A DNA stretch of 64,000 nucleotides from Octopus sinensis (taxonomy: Eukaryota): positions 32,240,001-32,304,000 of the forward strand of contig NC_043012.1 in NCBI RefSeq assembly GCF_006345805.1, given 5' to 3'. The position numbers and the translations under genes were made by a program. The notes under the pieces were generated by a model. It made no database searches. It saw nothing but the letters and a program-made list of their open reading frames with translations, and was not told where the DNA came from. Of the stretch, positions 39,700 through 52,025 are shown piece by piece (the first letter of the stretch is position 1; each line of letters begins with the position of its first letter).

Positions 39700-40750
39700 T
39701 ACCCCACCCTGACTTTGTTATGGTATTTGTTGAAAATTTCTTTAAAAGTATCCATTTTTCTGGAAGCTATGAGGTGAAAAAAAAAGAATCATAAATTTTC
39801 CAAACTTTTTCATAAAACGATGCCCCACCCATCATTTCGAAGGCCGTGGTGAAAAACAAATTCCCTTTCAAAACTGAAAAATTCCAACGTATGTAAACTT
39901 CCTGGTCTGGTACTCCTTTCTTCACCCCTTCAGAAAACATTTTCCCAACAAATTCCTTTATGAACGTAATCTATGCAATTTGAAAGGTATTTGTATAAAA
40001 TTTCATTGAAAGATAATCATTTTCCTGAAAGTTATTAGGAAAAAAATTCGGGTCATGTGAATTTTCCAAAACTTCTCCCCTCACCCTCGGAAAAATTCTT
40101 TTCAACAAATCCTTATATATTCTGAATCTACAAAATCTAAGTGGTATATGTTGAAAATTTCGATAAAAGGTCTCCAATTACCTGGGTTAATATCTAGTTT
40201 AACACCCGGCCACCAAAAAAAAATGTAAAAGGTGCAAAAGAATGTAGTAAACGAATCTGAAAAACAAAATTTGCGCAAACGAAGCGGGGGTGGGGAGAGG
40301 ACTTTCGGAAAATCCACACAATCCAATTTTTCCCCCCTCATAACTTTCAGGAAAATGGATATCTTTTAATGAAATGTTAGATACAAATACCTTCCAAATG
40401 GCATAGATTACAATTATAAAGAAATTTGTGGGAAAAATTTTGAGAGGATTTTGGGAAAATCCACACAATCCAATTTTTCCCCCCTCATAACTTTCAGGAA
40501 AATGGATATCTTTTAATGAAATGTTAGATACAAATACCTTCCAAATGGCATAGATTACAATTATAAAGAAATTTGTGGGAAAAATTTTGAGAGGATTTTG
40601 GGAAAATTCACACGATACAATTTTTTCCCCCTCATAACTTTCAGGAAAATGGGTATCTTTTAATGGAAGTTTATACAAATACCATTCAAACAGCATAGAT
40701 TACGATTATAAAGAAATTTGTGAGGAAATTTTTCTGAAGGGATGGGGAGA
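39700..40750. repeat. 147-bp tandem repeat (3 copies, 40307-40750) with inverted diverged copies upstream
   Basis: Units start at 40307, 40454, 40601; reverse-complement relatives at ~39700-39830 and ~39930-40190. Confidence 0.85.
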
Positions 40751-41199
40751 GGAGTTTCAAAAGAACGAAAGTTCGGATCAAGAAGATCACATAAGTTCAT
40801 TTTTTACTCCACCCCCATCATACATCACAATAATATTTTTCTGCTCCCTCCTTCCATATCTCTAAAAAAAAAAAAAAATTAATGGTTACACATTTTGGCA
40901 CAGGGCCAGAAATTTAGGGTGGTTGGGGTGAGGGGGTCAAGTTGATTCCATGGACTCCGGATAAAAAGTTTTCATTTACTTTTATCATGATGTGTCGAAG
41001 GCATTTGCGATGCATCTTCACTTTTCACCAAATTCAAAGCAAATGTTTACCTTCCACACATCATGAAAATGAAAGTAAATAAATAAAAAGAAATTTATAG
41101 AAATTACTGAACATCCATCTGTAAACATTGACAAGTCTGAGACCAAAAAATGATTGATTGCCTTTTATCGATTCCGAGGATGAAAGGCAAAGTCATAAT

Positions 41200-41600
41200 G
41201 ATAACATCTTTGTTCTTTCCTCCATTTTCCAGCGTTCCAGTATATTTTCCCCTCTACTATCTTAGAGGAATTACCACCGTGTTTCGTGGTCTGCTACCAC
41301 AACAGCTCCTTTATAGGATCCAGTTAGCTCAAGACATCATCAGGAGGAACCACGTCCGGTTTCAGCCCCTACTCCTCAACCGTTTTGATGTGACGCCCCC
41401 CCCCCCTCGGAGGTGTCTTCAGCTGTGGTGTCAGGTGCATGTCTTCTTTCTTCTGTTCCCTGGCCTCTTCGATGTATCGTCAGCGAGTGTCAGCCGGTGA
41501 TTGACTGACTTGTCAAATTTTTCCCTTTAAATACCTGCCACTAGGCTCCAGCAGGCAGCCCCAGCAAGTTGTCATGTGACACTGTCTCACCTTAACTGAC
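41200..41600 (-). mobile_element. Penelope-like terminal repeat with hammerhead-like core
   Basis: Minus strand CTGATGA (41343-41337)...GAAAC (41285-41281); near a PLE RT fragment. Confidence 0.55.
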
Positions 41601-42099
41601 TAGTGGAGGCGCATAGTCTTAGCCCGCGCATTCTCTAACCGACCATCACCTGTCAGTCAGCGAAGCTGATTCAGTGTCAGCTTGTCTCACTTAGTGATGT
41701 TATTTCCTGCCAGCATGCTATGACTTTCAAGCCATTTTTAGTCTTCCCGCTTCACCCATATTTAGAAGCTGGCTTTTTACAGTATTTTCTCTTCTTGAAT
41801 TTTCACCATTTTGAACTCTTTGTTTTTCTGACACACACATCAAAATACACTTTCCTCCCTAAGATGCATTTTTGTTTACTTGAGCTCACACAAATAATGT
41901 CCCCTTGCACACCCCATCCTACATAAAACTTACTTGACACCGTTACCATTCACCTGACAATTACACACTGACCAACATCCTCCACACCCCCACTAACACC
42001 ACCAATTTATACACGTACATGAAACTGTATACAGTCTGAGATCTTTCTGACCAGAGACATTAAGTCATTCTCCACAGCGATCCCTAACAGCACCAGCCT

Positions 42100-42270
42100 A
42101 TCGCCCACTCAGCACCACCACACTCCTTCACTTAGCTGAGCTCATCTTAACCCTCAAATACTTTTCATTCTCTGGAGAATTTTACAAACAGTGGGATGGC
42201 TAAGGAAACTAAGATGAATCCCAATCATGCAAATTTCTTTGTAGACCACATTGAAGAGCAAATCTTTGCC
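42100..42270 (+). pseudogene. Penelope-like RT fragment
   Basis: TLLHLAELILTLKYFSFSGEFYKQ / GMAKETKMNPNHANFFVDHIEEQIF. Confidence 0.75.
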
Positions 42271-42867
42271 CTATCCATATGACCCTTCCAGAGTTGCATG
42301 CTCAATGTATTGAGGAGTGAGTCAGTTGTACTACTCTCATCTTGATTGTAAATATGAGATCATTGATTATAGCTGAATTACTCTCTATGGCAACAACAGA
42401 ATTTTTTTCTTTTGATACTGAGCTGCAAACAGTTTGTTTGTCATTGACGATATCTCTTATGCAATTAAGAATAATTTGGGATCTTGTTAAATTTTTTCCA
42501 ACTACTTGAAGCATTTCAATTTTCCACTAGATTATTTACAAAATATGTTGTTTTGATGTAGTTTTGCATGGTGATACAGAAAATTGCATTCATTTTTTTT
42601 TTCCTCTCTAGAACTTAATAATAAAGAAATTACAAGCATTTAAAGTTATGTAGTTTTTAGCCAGTTGAAAACCTCCATTGCCAACATATCAGAAGTCACA
42701 TCTGTTTGTTGTCATGGAAATCAGCATACACAACAAAGATGAAGCCTTTGTGGTCTCTTCACCAGCTGGAAATAACTGTCAAATCTTTCTTAATCTACAT
42801 CATTATGATTAAAGTACAAACAGGATGACACAATGTATAATATAGTTGGGAATAGGCTGTTTCTCAT

Positions 42868-43270
42868 TTATTTACTTGTTTCAGTCATTTGACTGTGGCC
42901 ATGCTGGAGCACCGCCTTTAGTCGAGCAAATCCACCCCAGGACTTATTCTTTGGAAGCCTAGTACTTATTCTATTGGTGTATTTTGCTGAACCGATAAGT
43001 TACGGGGACGTAAACACACCAGCATTGATTGTCAAGTGATGTTGGGGGACAAACACAGACACGCTAACACATACACTCACATACATATATATATATACAT
43101 ATATACGACGGGCTTCTTTCAGTTTCCATTTATCAAATCCACTCACAAGGCTTTGGTCGACCCGAGGCTATAGTAGAAAACACTTGCCCAAGGTGCCATG
43201 CAGTGGGACTGAACCCGGAACCATGTGGTTGGTAAGCAAGCTACTTACCACACAGCTACTCCTGCGCCTA
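42868..43270 (-). mobile_element. SINE family B, full length
   Basis: Head GGCGCAGGAGTAGCTGTGTGGTAAG; very similar to 30975-31426. Confidence 0.9.
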
Positions 43271-43702
43271 TTAATTTATTAATTTCTTGAAAAAAATGAA
43301 TGCAATTTTTGTCACCAGCATGCATAAATTTTAAAAAATAATCTGCTGAAAATTTTAAATTTGAGTGATCGGAAGAAATTTAACAAGATCCATTGTTTAA
43401 AAAAAATTTTTTTTCATATTGTTATGATGGAAAGGTTGGCTATGATTCCAAACAATTCAATAGAGGCTTTATTACTTAGAAATATAATTATCACTTTCTA
43501 CTCCCTCTCTCTCTCTAGTTGTCCTCTTCCCCAAAATATTCATCAAAACCAATTTTTGTACTTCCTTTCTGTCTAAATTCTGTGGAAATTCTAATAGAGA
43601 GGTTTTGTTAGCTGACATCTGATACTTTCATTATGACAATTTCATGAAAATATTAATCACTCGTTCACACATCTGAGTCCTGTGTACTTTCACTATGTCT
43701 GT

Positions 43703-44107
43703 CATCATCATCATCATCATCCTCATCGTTTAACGTCCGTTTTCCATGCTAGCATGGGTTGGATGGTTCGACCGGGGTCTGGGAAGCCAGGAGGCTGCAC
43801 CAGGCTCCAGTCTGATTTGGCATAGTTTTCTACAGCTGGATGCCCTTCCTAATGCCAACCACTCCGTGAGTGTAGTGGGTGCTTTTTATGTGCCACTGCA
43901 CAGGTGCCAGAGGAGACTGGCAACGGCCACGGTCGATTGGTGCTTTTTTTATGTGCCACCAGCACAGAAACCAGTCAAAGTGGTGCTGGCATCGACCATG
44001 TACGGATGGTGCCTTTTACGTGCCAGGGGAGGCTGACAATGGCCACGATTATTTGGTGGTTTTTACGTGCCACCAACACAGAAGCCAGTCAAGGTGGTGC
44101 TGGCATC
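43703..44107 (-). mobile_element. RTE 3'-tail repeat with tandem modules
   Basis: Similar to 15277-15655. Confidence 0.85.
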
Positions 44108-44930
44108 CACATATGGCACTAATCACTCTTCACTTACCTGAATCCTGTGTAGAAATATACGTATGGAAAGAAACAATGGAGTCTTTTGAGATTTTGATAA
44201 ACAACAATTTATTGTTTTTGTACACAAGAAATGGCAGTTGTTACTAGGAATGACAAAATGCCAAGTTTTTGTTCTTAATGTAGTTGTAGTATCAGATAAA
44301 GTGTTGTTTGTTCCTTGTTGGCTACTGACTTCTAATGTTGTTCATCCTCCAACTGTTCATTGCCTTTGTGTTATCCACCAGCTCCATTGGTTAGCTCCTA
44401 CAGGCAGCCTTCTCAGTGCATGCCAAAGCTCTCTCTCTCTCTCTGGTGTTCATGATGCAGTGACTTTATACTACTTGATAGACTCAGAATGAAGTGCACC
44501 AAAAAGAAAAAAGTTTGAGTCTATTTGACGCAAAGTCATGATTGGTCAGATTTTGTTGATCACATGGGTAATATTCTAGAGAATTGTGATACTGGGTGAT
44601 AGCTGAATTTTCCTACTACATATACACATCAAGTTTAATTGCTAATGTATAAATTAATGTATGTACATAAATAGCAATTTCTGTCTGTGGATGTGTTTGT
44701 GTATGAATTTGTTACTTTAACCCCTCCGAGATTCTCCAACCGACCTCAATGAAACTTGACACGTGTGGGGGGGCTTATGCCCATTCGGTCACTTACACAA
44801 CTGGATTTTCAAAAAAAATTGATAACTTTTAATCAGCATCGATTTTTCAAAAGTCAATGGGACATTTCAATGCAAATTCTCATATGAATGTAATGTTCTG
44901 CCATAACTTTTAAAGTTTACCTGGAGGTTA

Positions 44931-44991
<61 letters not shown>

Positions 44992-45058
44992 GACAGAAGC
45001 AGGTGTGCTGCTGTAAAGGAAATATATGGTTACCCAACTTGAGGGAAGGGCAGGAGAA

Positions 45059-45090
<32 letters not shown>

Positions 45091-45436
45091 AGTCAGCAGG
45101 ATAGAGATGGTGGCAAAGTGCCAGGCATGTTCACAAGAGATGGGGATCAGAACATCAATGGGATGGTTGAGTAAAGGAAGAGAGAGATATAGATGGTGGC
45201 AAGTGCCTGCATACCCTTCAGGTTCAAAGGTCATAATGTAAGTGGCAGGATACTGTGAAGAAAGCATGATTAGAGAGTGTGGAGATGGGGGAAGTGAGTG
45301 GTGAAAACCTGGGTATATATAGAGGGGTGGGTAGGGTGACTGGATAGCAATGATATAAAGAAACAAGGCCTTTAGAACAGAATTGGGGAGTGAGAGGTAG
45401 GCATAGTTTATGAAGGAGGAAATGTGAAGAAGAGAT

Positions 45437-45650
45437 TGTTGTCGTCGTTGTCGTTTAACTTCCGTTTTCCATGCTGGCATGGGTTGGATGGTTTGACTGG
45501 GGTCTGGGAAGCCAAAATGCTGCACCAGGCTCCAGTCTGATCTGGCCGTATTTCTACAGCTGGATGCCCTTCCTAACGCCAACTACTCCAAGAGTGTAAG
45601 GGGTGCTTTTTACATGCCACTGGCACGGGCCAGTGGAGGCTGGCAACAAC
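45437..45650 (-). mobile_element. RTE 3'-tail repeat
   Basis: Tail consensus match. Confidence 0.8.
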
Positions 45651-46165
45651 CACAATTAGTTGATGTAGATTGAATTGTTAGGGTAGGGTGTGTGAAAAGT
45701 TTTCTTGGTATGTGTTAGTGGAACACACAGGTCGGGGGTGGGGGCTAGCGAATAGCAATGATACAATGAAGCAGGGTCACGACAACAGGATTGGTGAGTG
45801 GGATGTAAGCATAGTGCGACTTCAATTCTCTTATCTTCTCTTTGGAATTTTCAATTCTAAAATCTTTTTTACTAATTTATAATCTAGTTGAATACAATGT
45901 TTGGCTATTTTGTATCCTCAAAGCATCACTTCTTCTGCATGAAAAACACTCTTCTTTTCAGTGATAGTTACCCCATGGAATGCAAGATTTTGTGAGATTT
46001 CTTTTTATCTTCTAAATCTTCGGGTGTCCTTCCACCAATGCTTTTGTCATCTTCTTTTGATGATTGTCCTCTACATGTGAGACAGTCATTTCTTGTATGA
46101 TACCATATATATATATATAATTCTAATGTTCATTCAGAATATGCCATTTCTGCACCTTGATTGTG

Positions 46166-46455
46166 AATCATCATCATTATCGTCGTCATTTAACGTCTGC
46201 TTTCCATGCTAGCATGGGTTGAACGAATGACTGAGGGCCGGTGAACCAGATGGTTGCACCGGGCTTCAATCTTGATCTGGCAGTGTTTCTACAGCTGGAT
46301 GCCCTTCCTAACGCCAACCACTCCAAGAGTATAGTGGGTGCTTTTACGTACCCAGTCAGGCGGTACTGGCACGACCTTGCTCGAATCCTTTTACACATGC
46401 CACCAGCACAGGTGCCAGTAAGGCGATGCTGGTAACGATCACGCTCGAATGGTGT
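46166..46455 (-). mobile_element. RTE 3'-tail repeat
   Basis: Tail consensus match. Confidence 0.8.
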
Positions 46456-46543
46456 CATATATATATGTTTACCTCGTGAAAACCAGTCGCGGTTTTTTTT
46501 CCCTCCGTCCGCCCGCCTCGGGATCTTTCTTTCTCTTATGTTT

Positions 46544-46570
46544 CCGACGAAGAGCTCCGCTCGAAACGTC
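46544..46570 (+). ncRNA. Minimal hammerhead-ribozyme-like motif (U4C variant)
   Basis: CCGACGA-A-GAGC-TCC-GCTC-GAAAC-GTC. Confidence 0.45.
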
Positions 46571-47022
46571 ATACCCTCCTTCTTCCCTTTTTCCTGAGCG
46601 CCTAATAATAATACTTTAATTGTTCCACCTCCTTGTGTTGTTGTTTTTTCTGTTTTCTCGTTTGGATTAACCTTATATATATATATATATATATATATCA
46701 ATCGAAGTGTGCAGTATTATATAGCCATTACAGCTGATCTTACCAATCGCTTTTGTGTTAGGGATTCAATGGAGTGTTAGGTAACAGTCTGATCATGTAA
46801 CCCTACGCTCATCAGAGGTAGCTATTATATATACTCACTCTATTGATAGATAAGAATGCCTTTTTTCCTGACTTATGGGCTCTTAGATGACTTACATATA
46901 CATATATATTTGTGTATTCATCTGAAGAAAATGGTATTTTATAATGATATAATGTACTCATTAATCAATTAAAAAATTTGTAGGAGACATTTGTAATGAA
47001 TTGACAGCTATCCATCGTTTGT

Positions 47023-47081
<59 letters not shown>

Positions 47082-47151
47082 CATATATATATATATATAT
47101 ACATACATATATATATATGTATCAAAAGAAAAACAGGATGCAAAGGATTTT

Positions 47152-47290
47152 GCAGTACATATGTTTCGGGCTTTATTGAACAACTTATTCTTATATCAAT
47201 GCATGGATCTTTTCCTTTAAGGCAAAATCTAAAGGAAAAGATCCCAATGCATAATTGATATAACAGATAGATCAAAAGCCTTCTTCAGCC
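47152..47290 (-). ncRNA. Hammerhead-ribozyme-like motif with ~110-nt stem II
   Basis: CTGAAGA - long hairpin - GAAAC-ATAT-GTA. Confidence 0.6.
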
Positions 47291-47676
47291 ATATATATAT
47301 ATATGGAGAGACGATGAGAATCAATAAGAGGTAGTAGTGTTTTCTTCTGTTTTGGAATTGTATTTTAATGTGGTTTTGTATTATATATGTATCATATACA
47401 TACGTGTTATATTCCCATAAAAATAAAATGCACGTTTAACATTTAAAAAAAAAGCGTCAAACTAATGTCTAGAAAATTTGGCACTAGTAGAAAATAGGTA
47501 GCACTCTGAATAGGGATCAGATTGATCAAAGAGAGAATGTGTTTTGATTGTCCCAAAGGTTCGGAGTCAATTTACTTTGCTTCGGAACTAGCAATTCAAG
47601 CCTCCACATTTATAGAGCTTCAACTTCCTCATTAGTGCTAGTCCAACTTGGAAAGTAGAAAATATTACCTATCAAA

Positions 47677-47845
47677 GGCGTAACTTCGGTATAAGTACCG
47701 GAAGTACCGAATACATTTCAAGAAAGTGTTCTTTTTTATATATGGGGTTTGTGTTAGGGTTAGGGTTAGGGGTGGGAGAAAAGGGTTTCTCTTATCTTCA
47801 GAAATGTATACAAAGTCACGTGTGTACCTATACCGAAGGATCGCC
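47677..47845. mobile_element. Small TIR element with internal (TTAGGG)3
   Basis: 22-bp imperfect TIR 47677-47698/47824-47845; telomeric repeats 47754-47771. Confidence 0.6.
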
Positions 47846-48001
47846 CCTACCAAAAAAAAGTAAGCATGAATAGAAGAAAGGAAGCAGGGGAGAGACGGTG
47901 AGGAACATTGACATTAATCTAAAGCAGCCCCTAATCATCTGGGCAATGTTTCCCAAGCAAGAGATGGTCTCCATGAGAGAAGAATTCCATAATTACCTCC
48001 C

Positions 48002-48076
48002 TTAGTTATTACACCAGATTTCCTTTAAAATTAAAAAAGCTGTTATTGATACCAATTTTATTACGGAAAGGTAAGT
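48002..48076 (+). promoter_or_regulatory. Candidate initiator and first (non-coding) exon, possibly of the IAP gene
   Basis: TTAGTT Inr-like motif at 48002, consensus donor AAG|GTAAGT at 48070/48071, CpG-enriched unique sequence 48.0-49.0 kb. Confidence 0.35.
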
Positions 48077-49659
48077 GGAAATTGTGAGAGAATTGGTTGT
48101 GTCGTAATGAATTAACACAAATAAGCTTATTGTCGAACGAATAGTGTGGTGTTTGCTGGTTGGAATGACCGTTGTGAAATGCGACAATATGGTGTTTGCT
48201 TCACAACGAGTCTTCTTTGGTGGCGAGAAATCTTGTTGTCTCTTTCTCCTTTTGGTTTCTAATGAAAATCGAAATTAAAGACGGCTCTGGATATCTGGTC
48301 GGAAATTGCGATCCAGATTAAAGGCCAGTGGTTTGGTGAAGAAATATTCTTAAATATTAGTTGTCATGCAGAGACGCAATTTAAAATTCGAGGGAAAAAA
48401 AAAATAATTAAGGCAAAATAGTTTTTGTTTTGTTCCACATGCCCCTTCTTTTGTTTAATTTGCAGTTTTACTGGTTTATTTGTTTTGCCTTTTATTATTT
48501 TCACCACCTTTTTGGGTCCTGACATTTATTTAATTTCCAATAGAAGCCAATTTTGTTTTTAAAAATTCGAGTTGACTTTCGTTTCGAAAAGATCTCAACT
48601 GCGATTCATCACGAGATTAGAAAGAAAGCACCTCATTTAAATAAGGCATTTTCAATTTCGTTATGTATTTAACTAGCTATTTGTCGTTTATAACCTGATA
48701 GTAAACTTGTTTATCTGTAGTTTGTTGTCAGCTGACAAGTCTCGTACAGATCGAAACGACTAATTCCTTTGCTAAAACTCACTTCCGCATACTCTTGTAG
48801 AGTTTACTCGAACTTACACATACATACACACACACCCACACATATACCAGAAGAAATACGGAATCATTCCACTCGTTCTTTGAAGACATTTGGCCGCTCG
48901 TTTGCAACATCAATTCCTTCTGTCAGAACCATTTATTGTTGTGGGTACAACAATATAGAGTTTTAATTCTCATTTACGATCGGAGAGAATGTCTTTGAAA
49001 GCTGTTCACTGATCACAAACACGCGAACACACACACGCATTGACTGTACCTATGTTTTGCAGATAAGTAGCATTACATGAAAACTGTTAAACATTAATTA
49101 AATGATCACTCAGTGTATTTAAGTAGTGTATCAAATATAATTTTATAAGGAAATGTTGACATTGAATTCGAAATGTACGATTTGATGAAATAGTTGTCAA
49201 ACACAGTAAATGTACCATGGCATGAGTACGGTCAGAGATGGAGATAAGTTGCTAATTTTATATATATACGTGTAACATGGAGATGAGGCCCTCAACTCCT
49301 GTAGGATTCCTGTGGTCGCCATTGTGACACCCGTGTTCCACATTTTAAACCAGGCTAATTCCATTTCTTTCCAGGCTTGAACACATTTGATGTTTTAGTG
49401 AGAGAGAGGGAGGGGGGTCGACTTCAGTACTTGATGGCTACTTTATTCATCTACCTGGAAAAGATGAAAGACAAGGCTGATCTTAGCGAAATTTGAAATC
49501 AGAACACCATAAAGCTTGATATCCGACGTTCACCTTAAATATGCCATCTTGAGTCTGAAGGAAGGGCCAGTACCCATGACTCTAACAGACCTGAGCCCAG
49601 TTACGATTGAAGTGGTGCCCAGAAATTAGTGAGGTCGATGTTGTTAATGTTCTGTTCAA

Positions 49660-50440
49660 ACGGTTAGAAAACTACACCTCTAGGAAAAATATGAGCAGAG
49701 AGGAAATCCCAGTGGGCCAGTGGTCTGGGAAGAAATGACTGAACGTAGTGGTTATTCCTGGTCAGGAGTTGGGGTGATTGGTGGAGAGATAAAGTGGGTG
49801 GGATGCATGAGTGCTCAAGGTATGAGACCAGTTTATTCTGAGGAGCAGAGGCCATTATTGTAGTGACAGAAAAGATAGAGAGAAGAGATACATGCCTTTG
49901 GGCCAAAGACTGGAATGTGTCTTTTTGTGATTGAATGCAGCCTTTTCTGGATCAAAACCAAGATGTTTGTGCATATATATTTCTTTATTGCCCACAAGAG
50001 GCTAAACATAGAGGGGACAAACAAGGACAGACAAAGGGACTAAGTCGATTATATCGACCCCAGTGCGAAACTGGTACCTTATTTTATCAACCCTAAAAGG
50101 ATGAAAGGCAAAGTCGACCTCGGCGGAATTTGAACTCAGAACATAACAACAGGCGAAATACCGCTAAGCATTTCGCCCGGCATGCTATGTTTGTGCATAT
50201 AGCAGCAGCACTGTCCCAGATGGAGATGCAGTACTCCATTGTGGACCTCACTTGAGCCTTGGAGAGGTGTCACCAGTTGTCAGGGGCTAAAATATCTTCT
50301 GGCCATGGATTGGATTTTAGCTATGTTAAGGATGTGCTTTCACCACTAGAGATCCTCAGTAATCGTGAGGTCCAGCATTTGAAGTGACTGTGAGGTTGTA
50401 CATGTTTAGAGGAGTAGAGTAAGGTGATGTTTTCTTGATA
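49660..50440 (-). mobile_element. LINE (CR1/Jockey-group-like) 3' fragment
   Basis: KAQVRSTMEYCISIWD and NHYVQSFLPR motifs. Confidence 0.7.
49978..50186 (-). mobile_element. SINE family A inserted in the LINE
   Basis: 15-bp TSD ATGTTTGTGCATATA. Confidence 0.9.
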
Positions 50441-50950
50441 TGAGAAGTGCCTTTTATTATATTCCCTGGCCAAGCAAAGCCCTCTGAGTGGATTTGGTGG
50501 ACAAAAATTGAAAGAATCTTTGTGTGTGTACTAGTAGGACCTGTGTAAATTCCATGGAATGAAAATTATTATGAGGACCTATATGAGAAAGAAAGGATGA
50601 TTTGCATTTTTATAGCATTTACAGTTTAGCTTTCTTTAAATATTCTTGATGTTTGTCTACATTCATTTCCTCACATCTCCATCGGCATTGTCTTTTTCTT
50701 CTTTTTTTAATATTTTCTTGCTGTTCCTCTCTGATGTGTGCTCTATATCTGTTTCTCTTTTCCCAGGCACCTTGCAACTGTGCTTCTTGTGAATCCAGAA
50801 TTTAGGCTAAATTAACTCTTATAAACAAATATCAATTTTTTTAAGCAAGCAAGCAATAAATAATTGCACTTATGCATTTGCGATGGTCTCTATAAGAAAA
50901 ATTAGTTAAATAAAAAAATACTTTTCAATATAAATGCACCACTATTGCTG

Positions 50951-50988
<38 letters not shown>

Positions 50989-51181
50989 AATATAACCATC
51001 TCCCCTGTGCATCTCTCTCTGTCTACCGGTCTCTTCAGCTAACTTTTTAACCACATAATAATAATATATATATATAATAATATGAGGGAATATTATTCCA
51101 AACTTACAGGGAAAAATTCAATTTAGAAATACTAAATCAAATTTCACAAAATATAATATATATATATATAGAGAGAGAGAG

Positions 51182-51474
51182 ATTAGAAAAAAACCCACCT
51201 TTTATCAATTCAAAATGAAAAATTAAATTACACCATCTAGAAAATTACATATAATAGAAAGATTAAATATAATGATGATTAAGTAATGTGCAAAATAATA
51301 AATAATAAATAAATAAATAGATACCAAATATATATGTTTTATTTATTATTTTGCACATTACTTAATTATCGTTATTTTTTCATCTTATATTTAATCTTTC
51401 TATTATGTAATTTTCTAGATGCTGTAATTTAATTTTTCATTTTGAATTGATAAAAGGTGGGGTTTTTTTCTAAT
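51182..51474. repeat. AT-rich inverted repeat (~125-bp arms)
   Basis: ATTAGAAAAAAACCCACCTTTTATCAATTC... versus ...GAATTGATAAAAGGTGGGGTTTTTTTCTAAT. Confidence 0.85.
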
Positions 51475-51991
51475 TTCTTTATATATATAATGGTGTGTGT
51501 GTTTAGATTTGTGGGACTTTCAGGTTTAGTCCCACTGTATGGCACCTCAAACAAATGTCATCTATAGCCCTAGGCTGACCAAAGGCTTGTGAGTGAATTT
51601 GGTTTACAGAAACTAAAAGAAGCCCATTATGTGTGTATGTGTCTGTGTGTGCGCTCACTTGTTGATTGCAAACAGTAAGTTTACTAACAGTTTCATTTAC
51701 TTGCAGTCTGCATTGAAAGCATGTCTAGGTTCTTACCATATTTTGATGTGTTGTGTGAAATTTTGTAAACAAGACACTTGTTCATATGATATCATTTGTT
51801 TCCAGTTCTCTAGATAAAACATGTCCGGGCTGTTTGTTGTTCAATAGACTAGAAGATAATTAACTCATTTGGAAAACAAGTAGGAATTGGTGACAAGAAG
51901 GACAACCAGTGAAGACCCATACGAGCATGGAAGATTAATCTTTGATGATAATATGTATGTATGTATTCATATCTATATCTATCTATATACA

Positions 51992-52022
<31 letters not shown>

Positions 52023-52025
52023 GCA

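Noticed and set aside
40199-40696. 165-aa ORF with internal repeats
   Set aside because: By-product of the 147-bp (multiple of 3) tandem repeat
47930-47990. NF-kB-like sites upstream of the candidate Inr
   Set aside because: GGGCAATGTTTCCC and AGAAGAATTCC do not fit the 10-bp consensus well
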